DNA of 64,000 nt from an uncultured Prevotella sp. (GTDB taxonomy: Bacteria > Bacteroidota > Bacteroidia > Bacteroidales > Bacteroidaceae). A model generated the notes under the pieces. The model did no database searches. It worked only from the letters and a program-made list of their open reading frames with translations, and had not been told where the DNA came from. Positions within the stretch are counted from its first letter, which is position 1. Each line of letters starts with the position of its first letter. Below, one piece after another: positions 39,813 through 47,612 of this stretch. Made by a program: the position numbers and the translations under genes. The stretch is taken from assembly GCA_900317405.1 (NCBI GenBank), contig ONGP01000010.1, positions 33,273-97,272 of the forward strand, in the 5' to 3' direction.

Positions 39813-40504
39813 ACAGCGGATTCTTGAAACTACAGCGCAACTTGTTATCGATGCCAGGCATCGCTGACATGTACTCGGTTGAGGGGGCTACAGGCTTGGG
39901 CCTGTACGTTTCTATCAACCTGTACCTCTCTCACTGCGAGGGCGGGTGGGGTGTCTATACCGGTACGCAAATGACGGTATTGGCCGTTGAGGGCCATCGC
40001 CGTCGTACGGAAGTGAAGCGTGTAATCAACGACTATGGCCTGTTTGTGGTCGACGATAAAGAGAAGCGTTTTACCAGTCACTGGATGCAGCAACAATTCA
40101 ACAAGGGTGCACGAAAGTTGCGCCAAAGTTGCGGCACTCCCGCGCGTACTTATAATCCCCGCGCGGAAGAAATAGAATTAGATATAGAAAAAGAAAATAA
40201 AGAAAAAGGCACGAAGGTTCCCGATATGATCGGACCTTCGGCCTACGAGACAGTAAGCCGCGCGGGCCTGCGATGCGGCAAGCATGGCGAACCTGTGCCC
40301 TGGTGGGCGCCGCCGCAGCAGGATGTGTACTCGGTGTGGAGTCTGGTGGCCGACGCCTGGGTGACACCATCGCAGATAGACAGCCAGGCCGAACGCGACA
40401 AACATCAGGCGATGCAGCCCCAGGACTTTATGATGAAGACCGCCTGGGAGCTACTGCCCGAAGACGAACATAACAGAATACAGGATTATGCAAAACGACA
40501 ATAG
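39809..40504 (+). CDS. Putative replication initiator/organiser-like protein (DUF4373-like N-terminus)
   Basis: GFLKL...EGATGLGLY N-terminus and charged linker EEIELDIEKENKEK, as in phage initiators; translationally coupled on both sides. Confidence 0.5.
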   Translation: MNSGFLKLQRNLLSMPGIADMYSVEGATGLGLYVSINLYLSHCEGGWGVYTGTQMTVLAVEGHRRRTEVKRVINDYGLFVVDDKEKRFTSHWMQQQFNKGARKLRQSCGTPARTYNPRAEEIELDIEKENKEKGTKVPDMIGPSAYETVSRAGLRCGKHGEPVPWWAPPQQDVYSVWSLVADAWVTPSQIDSQAERDKHQAMQPQDFMMKTAWELLPEDEHNRIQDYAKRQ

Positions 40505-42398
40505 TTTTATACCACAAAAGCAGTGGGAACAAACCGGCACGGGCTACTATATAGTGCCCATCGACAAGCTGGACGTGAAGGGGGCCCAGAAGGATAGTGA
40601 CAATAAGCCCAACCTGAAAGCGCTGGGCAAGACGATAGTGCGCTGCAAATGTCCCGACTGCTCCGACAGTCGTAAGCACAAGGACGAGCACTGCGTAAGG
40701 CTCGACCTGACCACGGGTATGGGCAAGTGCTACAACTGCGGCTTCCAGTTCATCATCGGCACTAAGGTGGCCGACTACAATAAGAAGCGCGGCTATCAGA
40801 AAAAGAACTTCAAGCTGCCCGATACCACCAAGCTGCGACCGCTCGACGGCATCGCCATCGACTATCTGCTGAAGCGGAAGATACAGCCTCGGACGGCCGC
40901 GAAGGCTGGTGTGCGTTCGGCCACCCGTACCATCGACGGCATCGACCGCTCGTGTCTGGCTTTCACCTATCGCGAGGGCACTAAGGTGGTCAACATCCAG
41001 TATAAGACTACCAGCAAGGACTTTGCCGTTGAGACCGACTGTGAACTGATACCCTGGAACATCGATGCCGCCATAGGGCAGGACACTCTGATCATCACCG
41101 AGGGCATGATGGATGCGCTGGCACTGATGGAGTGCGGTTTCGACAACGTGATATCGGTATCGAACGGTGCCAAGAGCGATGTGCGAACCTTCGACCGATT
41201 CCGTTATAGTCATCTCGACGGCATTCGTACCATCTATCTGGCGGGCGACATGGACGAGGAGGGTGTGGAGCTGCGCAACAGGCTGGCCATGTATTTCGGC
41301 GAAGCCCGTTGCCGTATAGTGGAGTGGCGAGTGGACGCCGACGAGCAGTCGATAACAGCCAAGGATGCCAACGAGATGCTGATAGAACACGGCCCCGACG
41401 CTGTACTGCAGTGCATCAACCATGCACAGCCGTGCCCCATCATCGGTGTAGAGACCATCAACGAATATCGCGAGCGTGCCAAGCAGATATGGGAGCACGG
41501 CATAGAGCCGGGCAAGACTGTGGGGTGGGGCGAGTTCGACGAACACATACAGTTTGAGCCAGGTCGCACAGTAATCATCGTGGGAGAGCCTAACACGGGT
41601 AAGAGCACCTTTGCCGACGACCTGATACTAAACCTGGCGCTGCAGCACGGATGGAAGGCGGCGCTCTATTCGCCTGAGATGTTTCCACCCGAGCGCCACA
41701 TAGAGCGACTGGCCACCACCATCGCCGGGCGCAAGTTTCGCAAGGAGTTAGTCGAGACCGAGCGTGGCATAGACTATCACAAGCCGCAGATACCTGAGCG
41801 AATGGCCGACCGCATACTCGACTGGATGAGTGAGAACATATTCTTCGTCACCGAGACGTCGGGGCGCACCATACACAAGCTGCTACATCGTGCCGAACAG
41901 CTGCAGCAGCGCTATGGTGTGCAGCAGTTGCTGCTGGATCCGTTCAACTACATCCAACTGCCTGAGGGTGCCAAGAGCGACACGATGAAGATAGGCGATG
42001 TGCTGGCCGAGATAGAGCTCTGCGCCCACCGCACGGGACTGCTCATCTTTGTGGTGGTGCATCCATCCAAGCCGCAGAAAGGCGAGCAGATAGATTCGCT
42101 GTACAATGCCAGTGGTTCGGCCGAGTTTCGCAACCGTGCCGACTACGGTCTGGTGCTGGTTAATGACGATAAGGCCTATGCGCATCGCAGTTATCATCTG
42201 CTGAAGGTGATAGTGGATAAGGTGCGCGATGATGCCATGGGACATAAGGGCGTGTGCCATCTGTCGTTCGATCCCAGCAACTATCGTCATGGCATGGTGC
42301 AGACCATCCACCTTACGGGCGACGTGAATCAATACAACATCCTGGACATCAGCCCCCACTGCTGGCTAGACCGAACCCAAGAACCAACATTGTTTTAA
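40488..42398 (+). CDS. Bifunctional primase-helicase, T7 gp4/Twinkle type (Zn finger + TOPRIM + SF4 helicase)
   Basis: CPDC/CYNC, IITEGMMDAL, LAGDMDEEG, KDANE, GEPNTGKST, LLLDPFN, VVHPSK, SGSAEF. Confidence 0.92.
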   Translation: MQNDNSFIPQKQWEQTGTGYYIVPIDKLDVKGAQKDSDNKPNLKALGKTIVRCKCPDCSDSRKHKDEHCVRLDLTTGMGKCYNCGFQFIIGTKVADYNKKRGYQKKNFKLPDTTKLRPLDGIAIDYLLKRKIQPRTAAKAGVRSATRTIDGIDRSCLAFTYREGTKVVNIQYKTTSKDFAVETDCELIPWNIDAAIGQDTLIITEGMMDALALMECGFDNVISVSNGAKSDVRTFDRFRYSHLDGIRTIYLAGDMDEEGVELRNRLAMYFGEARCRIVEWRVDADEQSITAKDANEMLIEHGPDAVLQCINHAQPCPIIGVETINEYRERAKQIWEHGIEPGKTVGWGEFDEHIQFEPGRTVIIVGEPNTGKSTFADDLILNLALQHGWKAALYSPEMFPPERHIERLATTIAGRKFRKELVETERGIDYHKPQIPERMADRILDWMSENIFFVTETSGRTIHKLLHRAEQLQQRYGVQQLLLDPFNYIQLPEGAKSDTMKIGDVLAEIELCAHRTGLLIFVVVHPSKPQKGEQIDSLYNASGSAEFRNRADYGLVLVNDDKAYAHRSYHLLKVIVDKVRDDAMGHKGVCHLSFDPSNYRHGMVQTIHLTGDVNQYNILDISPHCWLDRTQEPTLF

Positions 42399-42571
42399 TG
42401 GAATACATAACTTGTACGCGCTGCGGACAGACACTGCCGCGCAGTAAATTAGAACGCATGAAGACGGGCACCTACCGCCGGGTATGCAACCACTGCAAGT
42501 GGCTCTACTACGTAAAGCCCGCCCGCGACCGCCGCATCCTCCGCGAGCTAGCCGCCCGCAAAAACCTCTAG
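42398..42571 (+). CDS. 57-aa basic Zn-ribbon protein
   Basis: MEYITCTRC...VCNHC; ATG overlaps the helicase stop (TAATG). Confidence 0.7.
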   Translation: MEYITCTRCGQTLPRSKLERMKTGTYRRVCNHCKWLYYVKPARDRRILRELAARKNL

Positions 42572-42572
42572 C

Positions 42573-42652
42573 GAAAAGTAGCTTTTCACCACACGAAAAG
42601 CTACTTTTTGCATTCCAAAACCTTACTTATCGCAAGATGAATAGTTACTTTT
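42573..42652. repeat. Four quasi-palindromic 14-bp boxes at a 22-bp period (second array)
   Basis: Boxes start at 42573, 42595, 42617 and 42639; same consensus as 4761-4840. Confidence 0.75.
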
Positions 42653-42670
42653 TGTGAAGCAGCTACATGC

Positions 42671-42748
42671 TACTGCAAGGGGTGTAGCGTTGTACTGCTG
42701 TACTGCAAGGGGTGTAGCGCTGTACTGCTGTACTGCAAGGGGGGTAGC
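42671..42748 (+). repeat. 30-bp tandem repeat, about 2.6 copies
   Basis: TACTGCAAGGGGTGTAGCG(T/C)TGTACTGCTG at 42671 and 42701, partial copy at 42731. Confidence 0.92.
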
Positions 42749-42754
42749 CCTAAG

Positions 42755-43232
42755 AAAACGTCCTGAGCTCGGAGGCCGGATGTAATATTATCGTAATCAT
42801 TCGAAGAACTCGCTTCGCTCAAACAGCTTCTCATGTCGATTTGCTTGTCTCGCTTTCGCGACACAAGAATCGAAGAAGATTCCGATAATAGTACATCCTA
42901 TAAATACCTCCTCGTGCGGAATGTTTTCTTAAGGCTACACCCCTTGAAACATAGATAGTTTGTTTTACTACCGCACTTCGTGCTCCATGTTTTATCGTCG
43001 CGAAGCTCCTCAAAAACATTCCGCACGAAGAGGTCTTTAGAGGAATGCAAATTCTTTGAATCGATATTGAGTCTCTGATTGCGGAACGCAATCTGAGGAA
43101 CGAAATACGAAATGCTGTTTGAGCGTAGCGAGTTCATTGAGTGATTTGAAGAATTTGTGTTCCGGCCTCTGAGCTCAGGACGTTTTTGCACCTTTCTTTG
43201 CTTCGTTTCTTTCAGTGATGAAAGAAATGAAG
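42755..43232. other. Large nested-hairpin non-coding element (structured ssDNA or ncRNA)
   Basis: Stems 42755-42780/43161-43186, 42795-42827/43114-43146, 42831-42841/43059-43070, 42897-42927/43013-43043, plus a terminal hairpin at 43201-43232. Confidence 0.85.
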
Positions 43233-43361
43233 AACCATTTGCTAATATAATAATGCATGCTTAATTTTGGCTAACTGCATAATGCCGATTTGCTTGGAAT
43301 CGGCTGAAAAATGTTGTATCTTTGCAGTGCATTTAGGAAATGATGCTGCAGGGCAGGAAAC

Positions 43362-43871
43362 GCAGTATTCTACCGATTAAGTCAGGTGACTGCACCTAAA
43401 GCCAAGGGCTATGGCAAATGGTACCCACGTGCGGTAATGACCGAGACCGTGGAGACCAACGAACTCGCTACAATCATGCAGCGCAACTGCACACTGAAAC
43501 GAGCTGATATCCTGGCCGTAATCAGCGAACTGATTGAGACTATGCAGGATCAGCTGCAGAACTCAAAGCGAGTAAAGCTGAATGGCTTCGGATCATTCAA
43601 GATCGGCATCAAGGGCGAGGGCGCCGACAGCGCAGCCGAGTTCAGCATTGGCAAGAACGTGAAAGGTCTGCACGTGCTGTTTATGCCTGAGGTAAAGAAG
43701 GACAGCAACGGTCAGCTGCAGAAGACGTTCATCAGCGGATGCAGCGTGCAGGAGGCACCAAAGAACGGCGTTGACACCACTAAGCCACAGACTGGACAGA
43801 ACACCAGCAACGGCTCAAGCAGCAACGGCGGTGGCAACACAGGTGCCGACGATGGCATGGACCAGAATTAG
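43362..43871 (+). CDS. HU/IHF-like DNA-binding protein (Bacteroidetes type); native ATG appears missing
   Basis: GKWYPRAV, DILAVISEL, VKLNGFGSFKIGI, Gly/Asn-rich tail; homology-like residues AVFYRLSQ precede the GTG at 43386. Confidence 0.85.
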   Translation, partial: AVFYRLSQVTAPKAKGYGKWYPRAVMTETVETNELATIMQRNCTLKRADILAVISELIETMQDQLQNSKRVKLNGFGSFKIGIKGEGADSAAEFSIGKNVKGLHVLFMPEVKKDSNGQLQKTFISGCSVQEAPKNGVDTTKPQTGQNTSNGSSSNGGGNTGADDGMDQN

Positions 43872-43909
43872 TGTTTAACGATTAAAAGTAAAGAAAGGAG
43901 GAATTAATT

Positions 43910-44125
43910 ATGCTGAGAAACTGGCGAACGATCGCAAAGATCGTAGTGGCAGTACTAACTGCCTTGTTAGGAACAGTAGGCGCGACACTAGCAGATAGTG
44001 TCGCGCCCTTGTGTTATTTCTTGCGGAAGTACAGGATTGCTAGTACTATTGATAGTAGTAGCAGTGCTGCCGAGACGCAGGCTAGTATCCAGACTGTGTG
44101 CTGGGTGGCTATCTGTTGCTTGTAG
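43910..44125 (+). CDS. Smalltalk-like short membrane peptide (first ~30 aa); ORF runs on antisense into the next gene
   Basis: WRTIAKIVVAVLTALLGTVGA directly after HU, with an AAGGAGG-containing leader. Confidence 0.6.
   Translation: MLRNWRTIAKIVVAVLTALLGTVGATLADSVAPLCYFLRKYRIASTIDSSSSAAETQASIQTVCWVAICCL
43979..44007. terminator. Perfect 12-bp hairpin between convergent genes
   Basis: GGCGCGACACTA-GCAGA-TAGTGTCGCGCC. Confidence 0.6.
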
Positions 44126-45099
44126 CCGTTGGCTTTGTCCTGTAGCTTGTTCAGATTCTGCGTCATACGCACCACCTCATCGCTACCTAGCTGCAGCACC
44201 ATGGCATTGTCGTGGGTTACAAGAGCTGAGCTGAGCATGGTCTCCTTGGGGTACCTGTCGCCGTCGAGTATGGCGATGGCCAGTTTTATCAGTTCGTCGC
44301 CACGTGTGGGGTAGATATATGATGCATCAAGCTGGCCTTCGGCCACCTTATGGATACCGCCATCAGGTCCTGGCAGTGCATCGATACCACACAGCAGCGG
44401 CAGACGGGCATTAAGCTCCTTGAATGCCTTACGGGCTCCGAGTGCAGAACGGTCGTTATGACCGAACACGGCATCGACAGTGTTCAGGTCGCCTTGCCAT
44501 TTCTTTACACCATCATAAGCCGCTTCTTCAGTCCAGTCGCCTTCTATCTCGGCCACCACCTTGATGTCGGGATAATCTGCTATGGCTACGTGGAATCCGT
44601 TGTAGCGTTCCTCGGCAGGCTTAGAGCCTTTAGGTCCCGTAACCTCGATGATATTACCCTTGCCGCTTAGTTTCGAGGCTATGTATTCGCCCATCATGTG
44701 TCCCATCTCGTAGTTGTCGGCACTCACAAATGAGGTGTACTTACGCGATTCGGTTTTACGCTCGAACACGATGACGGGTATGCCCTTGTCATGTGCGCGA
44801 TCGATGGCTGGAGATGACGACGAAAGCTGGTTGGGGGTGACAATCAGCAGATTGATGCCGCTGGCCACCAGACTGTCTATCTGTTTGCTCTGAACCTCGG
44901 GATCGGAGTTGGCATCTGCAAATCGCAACTCTACACCCTCGTGGAAATTGGCCTCTGTCTTCATCTCGGCATTCTGCCAATCGTGCCAGATATCGACAGA
45001 ACACTGCGATACACCTATTATATATTTTGGTGAGTCCTGCTTGCAACTCATAAGCAGAATTGCAGCCAGCATTAGTAGGTAGATAGATTGTTTCTTCAT
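44014..45099 (-). CDS. RbsB-type sugar-binding sensor domain with C-terminal TM; stand-alone or truncated hybrid two-component sensor
   Basis: IGVSQCS, SADNYEMG, GHNDR, GIDAL, YPTRG; ends right after the TM helix. Confidence 0.78.
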   Translation of the reverse strand: MKKQSIYLLMLAAILLMSCKQDSPKYIIGVSQCSVDIWHDWQNAEMKTEANFHEGVELRFADANSDPEVQSKQIDSLVASGINLLIVTPNQLSSSSPAIDRAHDKGIPVIVFERKTESRKYTSFVSADNYEMGHMMGEYIASKLSGKGNIIEVTGPKGSKPAEERYNGFHVAIADYPDIKVVAEIEGDWTEEAAYDGVKKWQGDLNTVDAVFGHNDRSALGARKAFKELNARLPLLCGIDALPGPDGGIHKVAEGQLDASYIYPTRGDELIKLAIAILDGDRYPKETMLSSALVTHDNAMVLQLGSDEVVRMTQNLNKLQDKANGYKQQIATQHTVWILACVSAALLLLSIVLAILYFRKK

Positions 45100-45231
45100 T
45101 ATCGTTTTAAGTTTTTATGGGGGCAAATATATAAATAATTTTCTAAAGATACAACAGTTTTGATGTTTTTTTGTAAAAAGTTGTGAGTTTCGGAACTTTT
45201 GATTATATTTGCACGAAAAAATTCGTGCGAG

Positions 45232-45293
45232 AACGGGCTGCGCCTCAGCAATTCAAGTGAACTTGATTGCATTCGGCTTGCACCGTCCTTGCA
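45232..45293. repeat. Short palindromic intergenic element in the leader
   Basis: Hairpin GCAATTCAAG-TGAA-CTTGATTGC followed by ATTCGGCTTGCAC; single copy in this window. Confidence 0.35.
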
Positions 45294-45312
45294 GCAAAAA
45301 ACCTAAAGCATT

Positions 45313-46404
45313 ATGAAAAGAGTATTTATTATTGCGTGTATGATTGCAGTAGGCATGGCACTGCACGCACAGACTAAGGCAGAACAGATTAAGCACATAC
45401 GCCAGGTGTATGCACAGGCCAAACAGAAGGTGGACAAGATGGGGCAGGACGGTAAGGCTGCGCATACTGTGCACATACGTCAGATAGAGATGGGCGAGCC
45501 TGGTGGCGAATACACTCCGGAGATAGATACCGACACACAGTTCTACTTCGACCGTATCGGTGGCGATAGCGAACAGGGCATCACGGGTAAGGCCGTGTGC
45601 TACTTCGTATCGGTAAACTGGATGGCCGACGGACACACCAACTATCGTGAGTATCTGTACGACCCGGTGAAGGGACATCTGCTATTCGCCTTTATGGAGG
45701 CTGAGACGCACGCCGGATTCAAGGTGGAGACACGGTACTACTACGATGCACAGGGCAACTGCATAGAGCAGAAACACAAGGTGCAGGACAAGGAGGCAAC
45801 GGCTGACAGTCACTCGTGGAACGACTGGAAGAGCGAACTGGAGAGCGGCCGCAAGAATGCAAGACTGTTTGACCTGATGCTGAACACAGAGCGCCCATAT
45901 CCTGAACTGGCCAGCGCACACTATCCATCGAGCACGCCAAAGGCAAAGCTGCTGAAGGACATACGTGCCGCCTATGCAAAGGCCAAGCAGAGGATAGAGC
46001 AGAACGACAAGGACGGCGGTGTGAAGAACGACATCGAGATAACTATACACGACCAGCAGAGCGAGGACTTTCCACCAGTAACAACCCTATGGAAGTGCTA
46101 TTACGAGCAGATACAGCAGCCCAGCCCATATCAGCGCTACTACTTTATCAGCGAGAAGACTGAGTCGATGTATGGCGAGAGCTACGAGGAGTATCTGCTG
46201 GATCCCAAACCAGGTAGTGAAAACGTGATCTTTATCTATAATCAGGGCTATGCCGAGGGCGAGGAGATGGAGATGCGATACTATTACGACGAAAACGGAC
46301 ACTGCTTCGAGTCGAAGGTGTCCGAAATCGTAGAATCTGAACCTGTGCCTGCTCGCAACAAGGCCGGATATATATTCTCAATCTTTGATGAGTTGATGCA
46401 GTAG
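45313..46404 (+). CDS. Secreted hypothetical protein with an internally duplicated domain
   Basis: Signal peptide; IRQVYAQAK/IRAAYAKAK and ETRYYYDAQGNC/EMRYYYDENGHC. Confidence 0.75.
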   Translation: MKRVFIIACMIAVGMALHAQTKAEQIKHIRQVYAQAKQKVDKMGQDGKAAHTVHIRQIEMGEPGGEYTPEIDTDTQFYFDRIGGDSEQGITGKAVCYFVSVNWMADGHTNYREYLYDPVKGHLLFAFMEAETHAGFKVETRYYYDAQGNCIEQKHKVQDKEATADSHSWNDWKSELESGRKNARLFDLMLNTERPYPELASAHYPSSTPKAKLLKDIRAAYAKAKQRIEQNDKDGGVKNDIEITIHDQQSEDFPPVTTLWKCYYEQIQQPSPYQRYYFISEKTESMYGESYEEYLLDPKPGSENVIFIYNQGYAEGEEMEMRYYYDENGHCFESKVSEIVESEPVPARNKAGYIFSIFDELMQ

Positions 46405-46407
46405 TGC

Positions 46408-46902
46408 TTAAGCGTCGGCAAATATCTTGCCGTCGTCGAGAGTAATCTGCAACTTGGTGTACTCGCTGTGGAAATCGTTCTTTAGGCGATCCAGATAGCG
46501 AGCGCACTCCCATTTGCACATGGGCAGATCGTGCAGCAGATAGTTGCCACAAGCCTCAGGACGTGTGGCAGGCACTTCGTTCTGGGTGAGAATCCACTCC
46601 AGACACTCGATGGTGAGCTGACGCATGTCATCTACGGTGTAGTTGCCTGTCATGATGATATACATGCCAGTGAGGCAACCCATCGGACCTACGTATACTA
46701 CATCATCCTTAGCACGCGAGTTGCGGAACCATGTAGCCATCAGGTGCTCTATGCTGTGAATGGCAGCAGGAGCTACAGCAGGCTCCTTGTTGGGTTCGGT
46801 GATGCGCAGGTCGAATGTGGTAAAACCCTTATCTACACGCGATACGTAGATGCCTGGCTTAAGCTGTGTATGATCAATTGTAAAACTCTGTATTACTTCC
46901 AT
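46408..46902 (-). CDS. luxS: S-ribosylhomocysteine lyase
   Basis: SFTIDH, HSIEH, GPMGCLTG, CGNY. Confidence 0.95.
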   Translation of the reverse strand: MEVIQSFTIDHTQLKPGIYVSRVDKGFTTFDLRITEPNKEPAVAPAAIHSIEHLMATWFRNSRAKDDVVYVGPMGCLTGMYIIMTGNYTVDDMRQLTIECLEWILTQNEVPATRPEACGNYLLHDLPMCKWECARYLDRLKNDFHSEYTKLQITLDDGKIFADA

Positions 46903-46932
46903 AAGTGAAATTTAGAATTCAGATTTTAGAAT

Positions 46933-47562
46933 TTAGAGACTTTCGATGAAAGTCTTGGTGGTTTGGAATGATTTCTCGGCAACGGTGTCCCAGAAATTGT
47001 GGTACTGCGATGCGTCGGTGTCGCGCAGAGGGATGTCGCTGATAAGGCGGAACGAGATGAATGGTACCTTATAGATGTGGCACACCTGAGCGATGGCGCA
47101 GCTCTCCATGTCGACAGCCTTAGCCTCGGGGAAGTGGGTTACTATCTCGCGCATCTTTTCCTTTGAATCAACAAACCAGTCGCCAGTAACTATCAGTCCT
47201 GGTATGGCGCCAGTAAGCTTAGCCTTCTCAAGCAGATAAGGATCGGCCTGATAGCGGGCGGGCATGCCCTGCACCTGACCGTAGACGGTAGTGTCGTCGA
47301 TGGCCGAACCGCAATATACATCGTGGTAGGTAAGTTCGGAACTAACCACCACATCCTGCAGGTTTACATCGTCGCCATTACCACCTGCACATCCGCTCGA
47401 GATGATTACATCGGGCTTGTACTGACGGATCATTTCTACTGCCTGAATGGCAGCGTTAACTGTGGCGATACCGCTCTTCTGCAGTATCACTCTGTCTTCG
47501 GGGAATAATGGACGCAGCTGCTTCAGCTCCTTGTCCATTGCTACTATCATTCCGATCTTCAT
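46933..47562 (-). CDS. mtnN: 5'-methylthioadenosine/SAH nucleosidase
   Basis: IVAMDKE, GCAGG, TGDWF, VDMES, RLISD; adjacent to luxS. Confidence 0.9.
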   Translation of the reverse strand: MKIGMIVAMDKELKQLRPLFPEDRVILQKSGIATVNAAIQAVEMIRQYKPDVIISSGCAGGNGDDVNLQDVVVSSELTYHDVYCGSAIDDTTVYGQVQGMPARYQADPYLLEKAKLTGAIPGLIVTGDWFVDSKEKMREIVTHFPEAKAVDMESCAIAQVCHIYKVPFISFRLISDIPLRDTDASQYHNFWDTVAEKSFQTTKTFIESL

Positions 47563-47563
47563 A

Positions 47564-47612
47564 TATTAAACATTAAAGATTAAACATTAAACATTAAACA
47601 TTAAAGATTAAA
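47564..47612. repeat. Heptamer tandem repeat, (C/G)ATTAAA-like x7
   Basis: Direct reading; fills the trmH-mtnN junction. Confidence 0.9.

Noticed and set aside
42671-42748. CRISPR array
   Set aside because: Repeats are head-to-tail with no unique spacers, and no cas genes are present
42670-43191. Short minus-strand ORFs (64, 86 and 97 aa) over the hairpin region
   Set aside because: Non-ATG or weak starts, translated repeats and no recognisable motifs; the region is better explained by base pairing
42671-43232. Retron, DGR or DRT-type templated-repeat RNA
   Set aside because: No reverse transcriptase in the window, and only 13 nt of the 30-bp unit has an internal complement
38738-44010. 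Complete prophage or ICE
   Set aside because: No integrase, structural, packaging or conjugation genes, and no att duplication found
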